From assembly GCA_951406725.2 (NCBI GenBank), contig OX597817.1, forward strand, positions 145,080,001 through 145,144,000: DNA of 64,000 nucleotides, written 5' to 3'. The notes beneath the pieces were generated by a model. It worked only from the letters and a program-made list of their open reading frames with translations, searched no databases and was not told the DNA's origin. Positions 50,390 to 62,904 of this stretch are shown here, piece by piece. The stretch is from Octopus vulgaris (lineage: Eukaryota). The translations under genes were made by a program, and so were the position numbers. Position 1 is the stretch's first letter, and each line of letters opens with the position of its first letter.

Positions 50390-50938
50390 ATTCTTTGTGT
50401 CTGTGTTCAAGTGTGCATGTTTGTGTGTGTGTCTGTGTGTTAATGCATGCACGCGTGTGCATGTTTTTGTATATATATCAAAGTGTACATATTTGTGTGT
50501 GTCTGTGTGTATTTTTCTGTCCATGTATACATGTTTGTTTTGCATTTGTATGTGTATGTATGTGTGTGCTCAAATGTGCTTATTTGTGTGTGTCTGTGTT
50601 CACATGTGCATGTTTGTGAGTTTGTTCATGTGTGCATATTTTTGTGTGTTCTGTGTGCATGTTCACATACATATATTTATGTGTGTGTCTGTGTATGTCT
50701 GTTCATGTATGTAATGTTTGTGTTTGTATGTCTGTATACTCATGCGTGAATGTGTCATATATCTCTCTTCTCTATTTACTTGTATACTTATATTGTTTTG
50801 TCTTGTTCTAATGCAATTTCCCTCTTATGAGAAATACCTTATTATCATTATTATTATCATTATTATTATTATTATTATTATTACTGTTATTATTATTACT
50901 GTTATTATTATTATTACTGTTATTATTATTATTATTAC

Positions 50939-50975
<37 letters not shown>

Positions 50976-51019
50976 GTTACTGTTACTACTACTACTACTA
51001 TTATTATTATTATTATTAT

Positions 51020-51051
<32 letters not shown>

Positions 51052-51095
51052 ATCAGCTGCAGCAGTGTTGTTATTGCTGTTATCATCATCATCAG
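50390..51095. repeat. TG-rich tract followed by (ATT)n/(TAC)n/(TAG)n microsatellites
   Basis: Direct inspection. Confidence 0.93.
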
Positions 51096-51644
51096 TTGTA
51101 TTTTTTTGACCTGGTTTTAGGCCTGAGCTATGATATCTTATTATCTATACCTCTAAATATCCTTACAAAAACGCATGAACACTACAAAATTCCATTCCAT
51201 TCTCTCTCTCTGACATAAATTTCACATTTTTGCAGTTCAGATTCTTAGTTATTTGCATTTCTATGCCATTATTAATTATATTCCCAGGAAAGGCATGAAT
51301 ATCACTAAATGTTATTTTCTTCCTTTAACAACAATAATAAAACCATAATATTTATAATTTACTTCCACCACATGTATACTAGAATCTACAAATTCTTCCT
51401 TTTTTACTTGTGCATTAGTCATAGAAGGAAGTTTGTTTACAATGGAAAAGCCCATGAAGTCTACATAACAGTAAAACTTTACAATATTACACTGCTTTTA
51501 ACATTAACTCTCTTCTAAAGTGAAATACTACCCGCCCCCTTATGTCCATAATTTTAAGCCAGTCCTGAGGTCACAGACAAAAGCATTCTAACCATGACCA
51601 TCCTGTCTTTTCAGACAGTTTAACTATGACAATGAAAAATGTTT

Positions 51645-51765
51645 TATTGTCTGGGGAGTCATTCTGTTTTAATGCCTTATTAATTAACACACTCACCAGT
51701 TTGATTTCTACTCCTTTATTTATTTTTTGTAAAATTTTCATTACTTCTTGCAACCTTTTCAATAA
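51645..51765. mobile_element. Diverged partial relative of the inverted-arm element
   Basis: TGTCTGGGGAGTCATT...AACACACTCACC...AAAATTTTCATT...CTTGCAACCTTTTCAATA. Confidence 0.65.
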
Positions 51766-52184
51766 TCGTTGAATATGTTTATTCTTTTTTAAAGAAAACA
51801 GGGTGAGATTTGAGAAATACTTGACTGCTATTTCTACAGGGATAGCAACCAGCCATATACAAGTTTTCTCATTGGTTGGCCTTGTCCAAAGTTATGTTGT
51901 TATTTGGCTCCAGATTCTTCTCTATGCTGTGAGTTGGGAGGGAGGAGTATTCCCTATTAATGGTGTGGCATGGGAGGGAGATATCTGTGAATAATAAATA
52001 AAAGAAGGCATCTCACTAGAAAAACACATTTTGTCTTGTTTACAGTCTACAAATTTAGAAACTTAGAAAGACATGAAATAATTTGTTTTTAACAGATAGA
52101 TAAGGCTACAAATAGTATCATGTAAATATCAAGCCTTTTGGACAGAAAAAGTTAAAGGTTAGACATGGGATGTGAACCCAGAAG

Positions 52185-52410
52185 GTAGAAACATTAGCAC
52201 GCTGGGCGAAATGCTTAGCGGTATTTCGTCTGCCGTTACGTTGTGAGTTCAAATTCCGCCGAGGTCGACTTTGCCTTTCATCCTTTCGGTGTCAATAAAT
52301 TAAGTACCAGTTACGTACTGGGGTCGATGTAATCGACTTAATACCTATGTCTGTCCTTGTTTGTCCCCTCTGTGTTTAGCCCATTGTGGGTAATAAAAAA
52401 AATAGGTATG
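52185..52410 (+). mobile_element. SINE family B
   Basis: Family B body and tail. Confidence 0.88.
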
Positions 52411-52963
52411 AGTTCAGATCCCATGGGCAGCCGAATATTCACCCATAAAAAACAAATTCTTTCAGATTTTGCCCTTTTATTATTATTTTTTTATTTTTTA
52501 CCATTCCAATTAATTTCTCCAATTGCTCTGCTACATTCCCTCTGTCTTACTATGTGGCTATTTTTCACTACACCACTCCATCCAGCTACTATGTCACACC
52601 ATCATTACACCATGCTACAGCACTTCACCCTACAACACCATACCATCTTCCTACACTGTGCCATACTGCTGCATCACTTTCACACTATTTCTGCACCACT
52701 CAGACTGGCCATGCCACCATCCCACCGACGCCCACACACTACTACACCACTCCTTTTAGCTAGTCATAGACACATCCTAGTTGGCTAATTTCCATAGTTG
52801 TGCTGACACTAAAGAACTAAGGAGGAACTCTATACTTCAACCCCAACCACACAGTCACCACTGCCTACCAACCACTCCTTGCCCTGTCTGTCTCCATATA
52901 TTTCCTCCCTTTCCATTATTGCATTGTCTTCCTTCCTCTTATTCAACTGTCAAACTCTCCCTC

Positions 52964-53017
<54 letters not shown>

Positions 53018-53524
53018 TCTTTTTCATGCCTTTCTTACACTATCTATTATCTTCTCTATTGTTTTGTCTCCCTATTTTCTTCTTGTTCTCATTTTGTTAT
53101 TTTTTTCCCCTTTTTTATCTACTTCCTGTGCTATTGTTTTGTAAACCTTACTCCAGATATACCAAGATACCACAGACAGTACACTCTATGTCTGTCTTAC
53201 CTGGCAACTCCAAATATGACTTATATACCATCTCCTTTCTTTAAAGTTCAAATGCCATGAACACAGGATGTTGTCAACGGATTTTTGTTGTTGTTGCATT
53301 TTTCACCTTTAAAAATATTGGTCAAGAGAATATTTGAAGAAAAGTCGAAAAAAAAAAACCAAACTTACACACACTTACACATTGGTTTTATGTCAAGTTT
53401 TAATAAAAATTTAACATTAAAGTGAAGAATTGCACAATATTTCTTTTTTTTTTTTTTTTCATAAAGTAGACTTTTTAAACTTTTACATGAAGATGTATGA
53501 CAGTAACTTTGAAGTTTCTGCCTT

Positions 53525-53561
<37 letters not shown>

Positions 53562-53655
53562 TAGTAATTTCAATAAAAAAATTACTCAGCATAAAAGCAC
53601 AATGGAAGTGGGAAATTAATGTAATTTTATATAATCTTTCTCAAATAAATTCATA

Positions 53656-53688
<33 letters not shown>

Positions 53689-53922
53689 TAGAAACATGCA
53701 GAAAAATACCTAACCAAGACCTCAGGGCTTGGAAAATATGCACAACACAGAGAAAATAGAACCGCCAGGTTCCGCACGCATATTTCTTAGAATAATACCA
53801 TTAATATAATGGGAATAGAAAATCAAAACAAAATACTGCACATAGCCAGACATCAGAGAGCTGCACTCGGCAGTGCAGTGAACACATGCAATAAATATTA
53901 CCCTATAAATAATAATAATAAT
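53689..53922 (+). mobile_element. R4/Dong-like LINE 3' fragment in an (AAT)n tract
   Basis: Broken frame KHAEKYLTKTSGL / NMHNTEKIEPPGSARIFLRII* resembles the REL-LINE C-terminus (QK..LLG.A.ILR); (AAT)n on both sides, as expected for TAA-targeting Dong. Confidence 0.55.
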
Positions 53923-54429
53923 TCACAAATTTCCTTATGTATCTTATTTGTATATTTGTGTTAACACCTCTCTTTCTCTATATCTCAGTGTATACATATG
54001 TGTGTGTGTGTGTGTATGTATAATATATATATGAAATACTATTTGTGCTGTATTTTTTTAGATAAATATTATTCAGCATCACTGGTCATTGATCAGTTAA
54101 CATTTACGTCGATTGCATCGACTGACTTGATCTCAACAAAACTGTAGTGCAGCTCAACTTATAAGTCTTTTCTTTATAATAAGCTTGGAAACTCTCTCTC
54201 TCAAGCTCCAAGAGTTACTTTTGTAACTATCAACCTATTTAATATATATTATTATTATTTTTTTTTATATATATTCGGTTCCATGCATCTTAAAGTTTTA
54301 CAGGCTTCTGGCAAACATTTGATGCTTTCAGGTTCAGATAACCAATTCAGTAACTCCTACTAAATGTATTGAGTGCCATCTTCTTTCATTTGTCCACTCA
54401 CTTGTGTGCGTATGTATATATATGTGTAA

Positions 54430-54640
54430 GGTGGCGAGCTGGCAGAAACGTTAGCACGCCGGGTGAAATGCGTAGCCATATTTCATCTGCCGTTACATTC
54501 TGAGTTCAAATTCCGCCGAGGTCGACTTTGCCTTTCATCCTTTCGGGGTCGATAAATAAAGTATCAGTTTCGCACTGGGGTCGGTGTAATTGACTTAATC
54601 CCTTTGTCTATCCTTGTTTGTCGCCCCTATGTTTATCCCC
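54430..54640 (+). mobile_element. SINE family B
   Basis: GGTGGCGAGCTGGCAGAAACGTTAGC head. Confidence 0.88.
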
Positions 54641-54650
54641 TATATATGTA

Positions 54651-54699
<49 letters not shown>

Positions 54700-55104
54700 A
54701 ATCATCTTCATAATCAATTTGATTTCACCATCAATATGATTTTCTGTACTGGCATGGGTTGGATAGTTTGTCATAATTTGAATCAGTTCTTATTCAGGAT
54801 TTTTACTCTCCTAGAATAGTTAGTTTCTATGGCTGGATGTCTTTGCTAACACCAACCACTGGATGTATTTTACCAATGGCACCATGACCCAAGTGGTTGT
54901 CGTGCACCTGGCAAGACTACGAGCCTTGTCTAGCTTACACTGTCTCTATTCATTTATCAATAATATTACTGGGTGCATTTTATCAGAACACCAACCCGAG
55001 ATAGGTTGCTTGTCTCCCTGCCAAACTGAAGAATCCTCTCTATTCTACATTGTCTCTGTTCTTTCAAGGTAAATGTTAACATTTGTGTGCAAATAAAAAT
55101 AAAA

Positions 55105-55520
55105 ATAATAAGAATGAAATTATTGTGTGTAGTGCTCCAGTGCATTACAACTTATCAAAGGTGCATGTATAGTATACAGAATTATGTACAAAAGTCAGGA
55201 AACAGTGTATGAGTCATGATATACATGTGTGGGAGGTGGGGATATCAGGTGTAATGTTGGCGAATTTCAGGAAGCGTTGAAGTTTTAAAGGATGCTATGT
55301 CTTTGCAACTAACAACTGATGCAGGTAGTTTGTTCCATACTTCAGTAACTCTGAGTGTGCAAAAATGTCTCCAAAAATCATGATAACTGTGCTGTTTTCT
55401 GACTTTGTAGGCATGCCCACATGTGTTAGATACATGGATTTCAAAAAATGTGGTCATGATTGTTGTTGGCACGATGGTTAATAATTTTGTGGGTGTTTAC
55501 CAAAGTCAGTTGCCTGAAGA
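55105..55520 (-). mobile_element. CR1-group LINE 3' end (ORF2 C-terminus and 3' UTR)
   Basis: NTCGHAYKV...RHFCTLRVTEVWNKLPASVV...SFK matches the TRGH...FF..RV...WN.LP..VV...FK signature. Confidence 0.85.
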
Positions 55521-55607
55521 GTGTGATGACCAAAAGAGGGGAAAGAAGAGGTAGTATGAGTGTGATAAGGCATCAGAATGATTGAAACCATGCCTGGCCA
55601 TGGGGAA

Positions 55608-55733
55608 ATATAGATGTTTTCGATCTAGTTTGGATTCTTTGCTATCAAATTTGAATTCTTTGCCATCAAATTTGTTTGCAAAGAATTCAAATTTGATGGC
55701 AAAGAATCCAAACTAGATCGAAATCATCTATAT
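55608..55733. repeat. Near-perfect 126-nt foldback hairpin
   Basis: 56-nt arms (55608-55663 / 55678-55733) with 2 mismatches and a 14-nt loop. Confidence 0.92.
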
Positions 55734-56577
55734 AATTTGGTTTGGAAACAGGTGAGGGTTGGCAACAGGAAGGGCACCCAGCTGCAGAAAATCCACCTCA
55801 TCAAATTCCATCCCATGCAAGTGTGGAAAAGTGGACATTAGAACAATAGTGATGATGATGTATGTGTGTTGAGAGAGAGAAAAAAAATCAATAATGGAGA
55901 AATACAAGCATGCATACACTTAATCACACACATAGACACATACATGTAGTCAATCATTTATTCTTCTCCATATTTTCCCAACACCCCACAAAGTAATGCA
56001 CATACACTTATACATATATTCATAGCACAACACTTATATTTTTACAGCTTAACACAGAAAGGCACACGTATACATAGGCATTAGCAGAGCATAACATATG
56101 AAGGTATATATGCTAGAATACACATATTGAGAAGAAAAACAAATAACAATAAAAAATTTTTGACAGTTTTTTTTTTGTTTACATTTTATCATATCTATTG
56201 ATTGTATATATTCTTAGTATAGGTGTCATTATATCAGCTTGTTTTCAGTGCTTCGTCTTCTACAGTACTGGAAGTTGTGTGAGGAATATGAAATAGAATT
56301 TTTAGTAAATTTCTATGAAAACATCAATGAGGGGAAAAATTAAATGGAGGAAATGCTATTTTATTTTATCATTAATTTCGTCTTAAACTGTATTTCTGTC
56401 TGAAATCGTTATAGAAAGTACAGGTGCATAGAGATATTGACTGAAGAAAAACTGACGGTTTATAGATTGACTGGAATTATCATCATCGTCAACTTTATCT
56501 ATATCAACAACAACATCATAATCATCGTCATCATCATCATTTGATTGGCTTCAGCAAAATAGGTTTTCCTGTATTTA

Positions 56578-56611
<34 letters not shown>

Positions 56612-56674
56612 CATCATCATCATCATCATTCTGCATGTCCAATAGTTTATTTTCAGACACAGTAATAAAGACTA

Positions 56675-56961
56675 TTCTGTTGTGTCTGGGGAGAGTCAGT
56701 TTCTTTTTGTGCCTTATAATTTAACATACTCACCGGTAAAATTTCCACTTATTTCTTATTTATATTTTCTTAAAATTTTCGCTGCATCTTGCAACATTTT
56801 CAATAGTCTTGACTCTCTATTTTTGATCAAAATTTTACCGGTGAGTGTGTTAAATTATAAGACACAAAAAGAAAATGACTCTCCCCAGACACAACAGAAT
56901 ATGCTTTAACACATGGAATTATATAAAAAATCTTGCAAACCAAATCCAAAAACGAAATATT
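56675..56961. mobile_element. Inverted-arm non-autonomous element (Penelope-like), copy 2
   Basis: Colinear with 49701-49980; TSD ATAAAGACTA at 56665-56674 and 56962-56971. Confidence 0.8.
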
Positions 56962-57569
56962 ATAAAGACTAGTTATTGTAAAAGTGCTGGACAACTGACT
57001 AAACAGGTTAAAATTATATTACAGCCATTGTATTGTACTCTTGAACAAAGCACATACCTATCTGCCTCTGTCTTCTCGGCTGACTCTAGGTTCCACTTCT
57101 TCACAATTGAGAAGTTAGTTGTAGGAAAAGCAGCAAAGCACTATTAAAACAAATGTTCAATCAGTATACTAATCCTGAAATTTGTTGGTAATTTTAATAT
57201 GGAAGGAATTTAGTAAAAACTGACAAAGAAAAAAAAAAAAGAGAGAGAAAAAAATACATAATTAAACTCAAAAGTAAAAAAAAATCTGTCAGGCTTGCAG
57301 CTGTTTAATTATGAATACTAAAATACATTTATTTATAAATAATGATCGGTGTAAATAAATCTAATTAGTGACATATGTTTATTGTAGTTTATTGTAGTAC
57401 ATATAATGATCAAAGCATGGTTAGGTGGTTCAGAAGTTCACTTCAAAATCATGAGACACTAGGTTCAGTCCCACTGTAGAATCTTCAGCAAAAGTTTTTT
57501 ACAATAGCCTTGAGTCGAACCAAAGCTTAGTAAATGGCAAATGGAAACTGTATAGAAGCCTGTCATACA

Positions 57570-57655
57570 TAGGGCTGATTAACAGTATTATACAGTATTA
57601 TAGTATTATAGGGCTGTATTAACAGTATTATAGGGCTGATTAACAGTATTATAGG
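57570..57655. repeat. 21-bp minisatellite TAGGGCTGATTAACAGTATTA
   Basis: Three full units plus partial units, directly after a SINE A head (57413-57569). Confidence 0.85.
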
Positions 57656-58207
57656 CCCTGCAGCAAAACAATGCACTGGGGCCTGTAGTATTTAGTTCAT
57701 CAGCATTTAGTGTCCAAGATGGCATAGATTGGATGGTTTGACAGAATCCAGTTGGTTTAAAGGCTGCATCACGTTCCTCTGTCCGCTTCAGCATGGCTTC
57801 TACAGCTGGATACCCTTCTTAACACCAATAATTTTACAGCATTATTTATTAACAGAAAAACACAGTAAACATAGATTATCAATGGTCTCTCAAGCCACAG
57901 GGTCATCAGAAGAATGTCCAGTCTGCCCATGTCTTAGGACACCTTGATTCAAAGGGCCATCTTGTCACACAGTGTCATACTGACTCCATCTGTGTACCCT
58001 GCTCAGGGTAGTTGTATCTGTGGAACACACTACCATATGAACTATAATTCAATAAGTATGCAGGTCAGTTGATTGAAATAGTGGAATAATTCTCGTTGGT
58101 GGTTGGTGTTAGGAAGGGCATAAGTGACTGAGCCAAGGAAGAGCACAACACAGTCTTCTGACTTGTCAGATCTTGTCAAATTGTCCAACACCCATGTCAG
58201 CATGAAA

Positions 58208-58587
58208 CATCATCATCATCGTTTAACGTCCGCTTTCCATGCTAGCATGGGTTGGACAATTTGACTGAGGGCTGGCGAACCAAATGGCTGCACCAGGTTT
58301 CAATCTGGCAGAGTTTCTACAGCTGGATGCCCTTCCTAATGCCAAACACTCTGTCAGTGTAGTGGGTGCTTTTATGTGCAACCGGCACGGGGCCAGTCAG
58401 GCAGTACTGGCAATGACCTCGCACAAATCTTTTACACATGCCACCAGCACAGGTGCCAGTAAGGCGATGCTGGTAATGATCACGCTTGAATGGTGTCTTT
58501 CACGTGCCACTGGCAGGGAGGTCAGTTAGCCGCTCTGGCAATGATCATGCTCAGATGGTGCTCTTAACACCCTACTAGCACGGGGCT
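58208..58587 (-). mobile_element. RTE LINE 3' UTR
   Basis: (CAT)n GTTTAACGTCCGCTTTCCATGC; same subfamily as 32293-32710. Confidence 0.88.
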
Positions 58588-59250
58588 CGAGTGGTTAAAT
58601 GATGGTGATGGTGGTGTTGGCTGGTTGGTTGGTTTCTCCAGTCACACTTTACATGATTTTAGAGAGAGTGAGAGATGGGGAGAGAGAATAAAAGAGAGAT
58701 AGAGAGAGCATTGAGAGATGAGTGTCATTACTTCCTGCAAAACACACATTTTTTTCATGTGCAGATCAGAGATAGGTTTATGGTGGCAGAGATTGTGATG
58801 ATATTGGTAAAATTTAGAAAAACAAAATCATACATTTATTGCAAATATACAAATGTTAAATTTATTTTATTCAATTTTATTTTAAGGTAATAAATATTTT
58901 TCTTATGAAAATTAGTATTCATTTCATTATTTTGTATAAACACCAAAAATTTTGATAAAAGTTAAATTGTAATTATTTTATGTCTGCTATATTTCCTGAT
59001 ATTACCCATGGAGAGAAAAATTATTCTTCCCAAGTTCCCTATCATATGATGGGTAACACTCTAGTTATTATAATAATAATAATGATTCTAATATAACAAT
59101 ATCATAAAGTAATTATAAGAATTATTCTAACTGGTAAGTATAATTAATTGAATTCTAAATTGAACATTGTTTTAAAATATATACACACATCTTTTATGGT
59201 AGATTTTAATTCCAAATGAAATTGTAACCAAATTATTTTATTTTCATCAG

Positions 59251-59313
59251 ACGTGCCGTTGCCTCAAAGGATTCAACGTGGGTCTGCTCTCAGTAGGTCA
59301 TACCCACTACCTA
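59251..59313 (+). CDS. Candidate 63-nt internal exon (phase 1: DVPLPQRIQRGSALSRSYPLP)
   Basis: Acceptor TTATTTTATTTTCATCAG|, donor |GTAAGT, GC-richer island in an AT-rich background; open in phases 0 and 1. Confidence 0.65.
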
Positions 59314-59348
59314 GTAAGTCATACTTCTTATCTGTAAGAGGCCACATT

Positions 59349-59399
59349 GTGGTGGTGGTGGTGGTGGTGGTGGTGGCGGTGGTGGTGGTGGTGGTGGTG
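59349..59399. repeat. (GGT)n trinucleotide repeat
   Basis: Direct inspection. Confidence 0.95.
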
Positions 59400-59616
59400 A
59401 TTGTTTTCATTTTTGTTGTAGTTGTGAATATCTTACTTTTAGGTTTCTAAAGAGATGTACTTTTATGATTCATCCCAGCAGTTGCTGAATAGAGGTAAAA
59501 CAGCTGTGTTGCTACCTGGGCAGGTGAAGGGCAGGTTCTTGCAGCATATGTCAATCAATTAATTAGAGCTAATTCAATTTAACAACCTCCAGAGACGACA
59601 AATTCTGTATTTGTAG

Positions 59617-59778
59617 GCATTAAGCATAATTGTGTGGTTAAGAATCTTGTTTTCTTAATACATGGTTTCAAGTTTAGTCCTGCTGCATGAGACCTTGAAC
59701 AAGTGTCTTCCATTATAGCCTCAAGCTGACCAATGCCTTATAACTAAATCTGGTAGATGGAAACTATGTGGAAGCCTG

Positions 59779-59833
<55 letters not shown>

Positions 59834-59842
59834 GAAGCCTGT

Positions 59843-59876
<34 letters not shown>

Positions 59877-59915
59877 GAAGCCAGTTATATATATATGTGT
59901 GTGTGTGGAAGCCAG

Positions 59916-59951
<36 letters not shown>

Positions 59952-60078
59952 TAAATTAAATTAAATTAAATTAGAGATAAAACCACTATTAGGCAAATCA
60001 AACAGTGAAAAACATAAACCAAAACATAAAATTAAAAATAATTAATATAATATACAAAATATATAAAATTTAAAAATT

Positions 60079-60117
<39 letters not shown>

Positions 60118-60370
60118 AAAGAATTACATTTGTGTGCTTGTGTTTGTTTCTTGCTTCTATAGCTTGACAACTGGTGTTGGTTTGTTTATGTCCTTATAAC
60201 TTAGTGCTTCAGGAAAAGAGACCAAGAGAATAAGTGCCCAACTTGAAAACAAAAATAAATAAATAAATAAATAAATAAAACATAATTACTAGGATTGATT
60301 TGTCCGACTAAAACCCTGCAAGGTGGTGCCCCAGCATGGCAACAGTCCAATAACTGAAACAAGATAATAG
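59617..60370 (+). mobile_element. SINE family A with expanded central tract
   Basis: Head, four GTGGAAGCC(T/A)GT-(TA)n(TG)n units, AT-rich insert at about 59950-60080, then tail. Confidence 0.8.
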
Positions 60371-61718
60371 ATGATTCTCAATTAGGGAATTCATTGCCAA
60401 AAAAAAAGAAAAGAAAAGAAAGTAATCTTGACAATCTTGTCCTTATTTAATTCTTCATTCAAACCTGCCCTTTTCTAAATGCATAAAAGTACATCGACAC
60501 ATCGAAATACTCTGAGTTAGGTCTAATGTCTTTACTAAATACCCTCACACCCCACAGTGCTCCCCTATGTCATATTCTGAGAGCGGATCTTATCAATAAT
60601 TAGCACTACTGCTGATAAACCTCTAAGTTTGATAACCATCATGTCTTATCTTACTTAAAAGAGAAACTCATGAAATTTCCTTCTTTATCTGATTATTATG
60701 GATAAAACCAGTGGCTGCCTGTTTCCCTTCCAAGTGATGATATATTTACTTAGAGTAGATATATATAAAAAAAAGTTTAAAAAAAGAAACACTGGAAAAT
60801 GAAAGGGGATTTTTTTTTTAAAAAAGCACTTTTAAGTGTACAGGGGTTTGTTCTGTCATGACTACTTAGTGAAGCTGTTGTTATTGTTAGTAAAATGACT
60901 TATCTTGGTCAAATTCATCTCAATGAGGTGTATAATTGACATGATAAAATTAGATAAGATATTTGTAAAGGATGGTATTTTTTAGTGAAAGAAAAGTTTA
61001 AATTATGTTGATAAATTAAAGATCTAGCTTTACCAAAAAAAAAAAAGAAAGAAAAGCTAAGTGAATTTGTCAGTTTTGTGGAAAATACTAAGAAATATTA
61101 AATTATTTCCAAGAAAGGCAAGTTTCATTTTTTTGAATGAGGTCAGGATAAAGCTTGCTGGGCTTTGGTTCGTTTTCTCTGTTTTCATACTGTAGAATGT
61201 CGCAGTTTATTTGTCTAAAATACTAAAACATAAATAAATATGAGACATTCTGGGCCAACACAGAAACCTCTACTCTCTCATTTGACCTGCTAGAAATAGC
61301 AGCCAGTTGCTTCCCCAAATTACATCCTACAGTCTTGAGAAAGAAAAGGATACATTAGATAATGTAACCATGTATACCCATATAAAGTTGGGATAGCCAC
61401 AACTGGAATGTCTTTGATCATAGCTCATTTTGATCAGCATTTACTTGTGGCTAAATAAGAACAATGTTTTTTCCGTCTTAAGTTTTGGTTCATGTCCTAG
61501 GACATTAAATGGTGGTATGACGTATATACAGACATTCATACACACATATAATATATATATAATACATACACATTCACAAACTTATACATATAAACAATGC
61601 ATTTCCACAGAGTTTCTGTCCACCAAATTCATTCAACAAAGTATTGTGGTTGTCCCAAGGGTTTTAGATGAAAACACTTGCCCATGTATAAATTACATAG
61701 TGAGAAAAACCCACATCT

Positions 61719-61788
61719 TTCAGTTTCTTTTATGGTATTATAAATTTAAGTTTGAGCTTCAATTTCTTTTATGGTATTATAAATTTAA
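61719..61788. repeat. 31-bp direct duplication (period 39)
   Basis: TTCA(G/A)TTTCTTTTATGGTATTATAAATTTAA twice. Confidence 0.9.
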
Positions 61789-62455
61789 AATATAAAACAC
61801 AGCAGTATTTTAACAAATTTATAGCTCCCTACTTCTCTTCTAAAGGTTTTATAGTGATTACTGAAATCCCAGTTATAAGCCTTATTTTACATTCCCTAAC
61901 GTTTGTCATCTGCAGCAACTAATCTTTATAATTAAAATATAATTTTAGAAATATTATATATTTAAAAAAAACTCTATTTATTTTTTATAGAATACTTGTA
62001 AAATTCCAAAATAAATCTGTTTAACCAATTTCTTGAAATATTTTCAGCATATTTGAAATGTGTGTGTGTGTCTGTTTATTTTGTTTTCATTTATATTTTT
62101 TCATCTTGTCATTTTACACCTTATAAGGAAGTCTAAAAGAACATATCAACCAGAGTTATGTAGGGATACTAATAGCTACACGTTTTAGTTGTTTTCCCAT
62201 TTGTTGTCCTTTCCATATTTGCTTTTCCTCCTGTAGCACTTTAACTTCAAGAATGTAAAGTTAATCCTTCAATACGGTATCTGTAACATGAAACAGATGA
62301 GTGACAAATCTCTCTCTTTGGACAGAAGCTAGTCTGTTGCAGTTAACTTTTTCTTAAAAGATTATAACCAAGTTAGATAAAGGTGAGATTAAACTCTTAG
62401 GGCATTCCAGCTAATTGTGAACCAAACTTGAGAATGATCTTTGAAATTGCCTTAA

Positions 62456-62675
62456 CTCTTTAACATTTAAACTGGCCATATCTGGCCTAAATATGCCTCC
62501 TGTTTTACGTTCAAACTGGTCAGATCTAGTCTCTCACACTGATCCTATTATGTCATTCTAAATATAGACAGTAGTGTCAACAAAATCTCAAATCTATGAG
62601 ATAATACAGGATTAATTCAAAATAATATGAACAATTAAGCTTTACATTTGTCAGAGTAATTTGAACACTAAAGGG
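62456..62675. mobile_element. piggyBac-like MITE family M2
   Basis: TTAA at 62452-62455 and 62676-62679; ends CTCTTTAACATTT / CACTAAAGGG. Confidence 0.82.
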
Positions 62676-62904
62676 TTAAATGAAATAAATCTTATGCCTA
62701 GTCAATCCTGAAAACTTCAGGTCCTAATTATATAGGGTTCTGATTCTACGAGCACTCAAAGTTGTGGGCTTAGGAGCCATATTCGAGGATTTTGATAAAT
62801 GTGGAGCCATATTTGACCTTTAGTATCTCGAGATTGAAACAGTTTCAGCCTTTGTAACTTTGTAAATGCACTCTACTCCAGGAGTACTTTACAAATAAAT
62901 ATCA

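Noticed and set aside
59251-59277. EGF-like motif TCRCLKGF in phase 0
   Set aside because: Lacks the following G..C and the preceding cysteines; likely coincidental.
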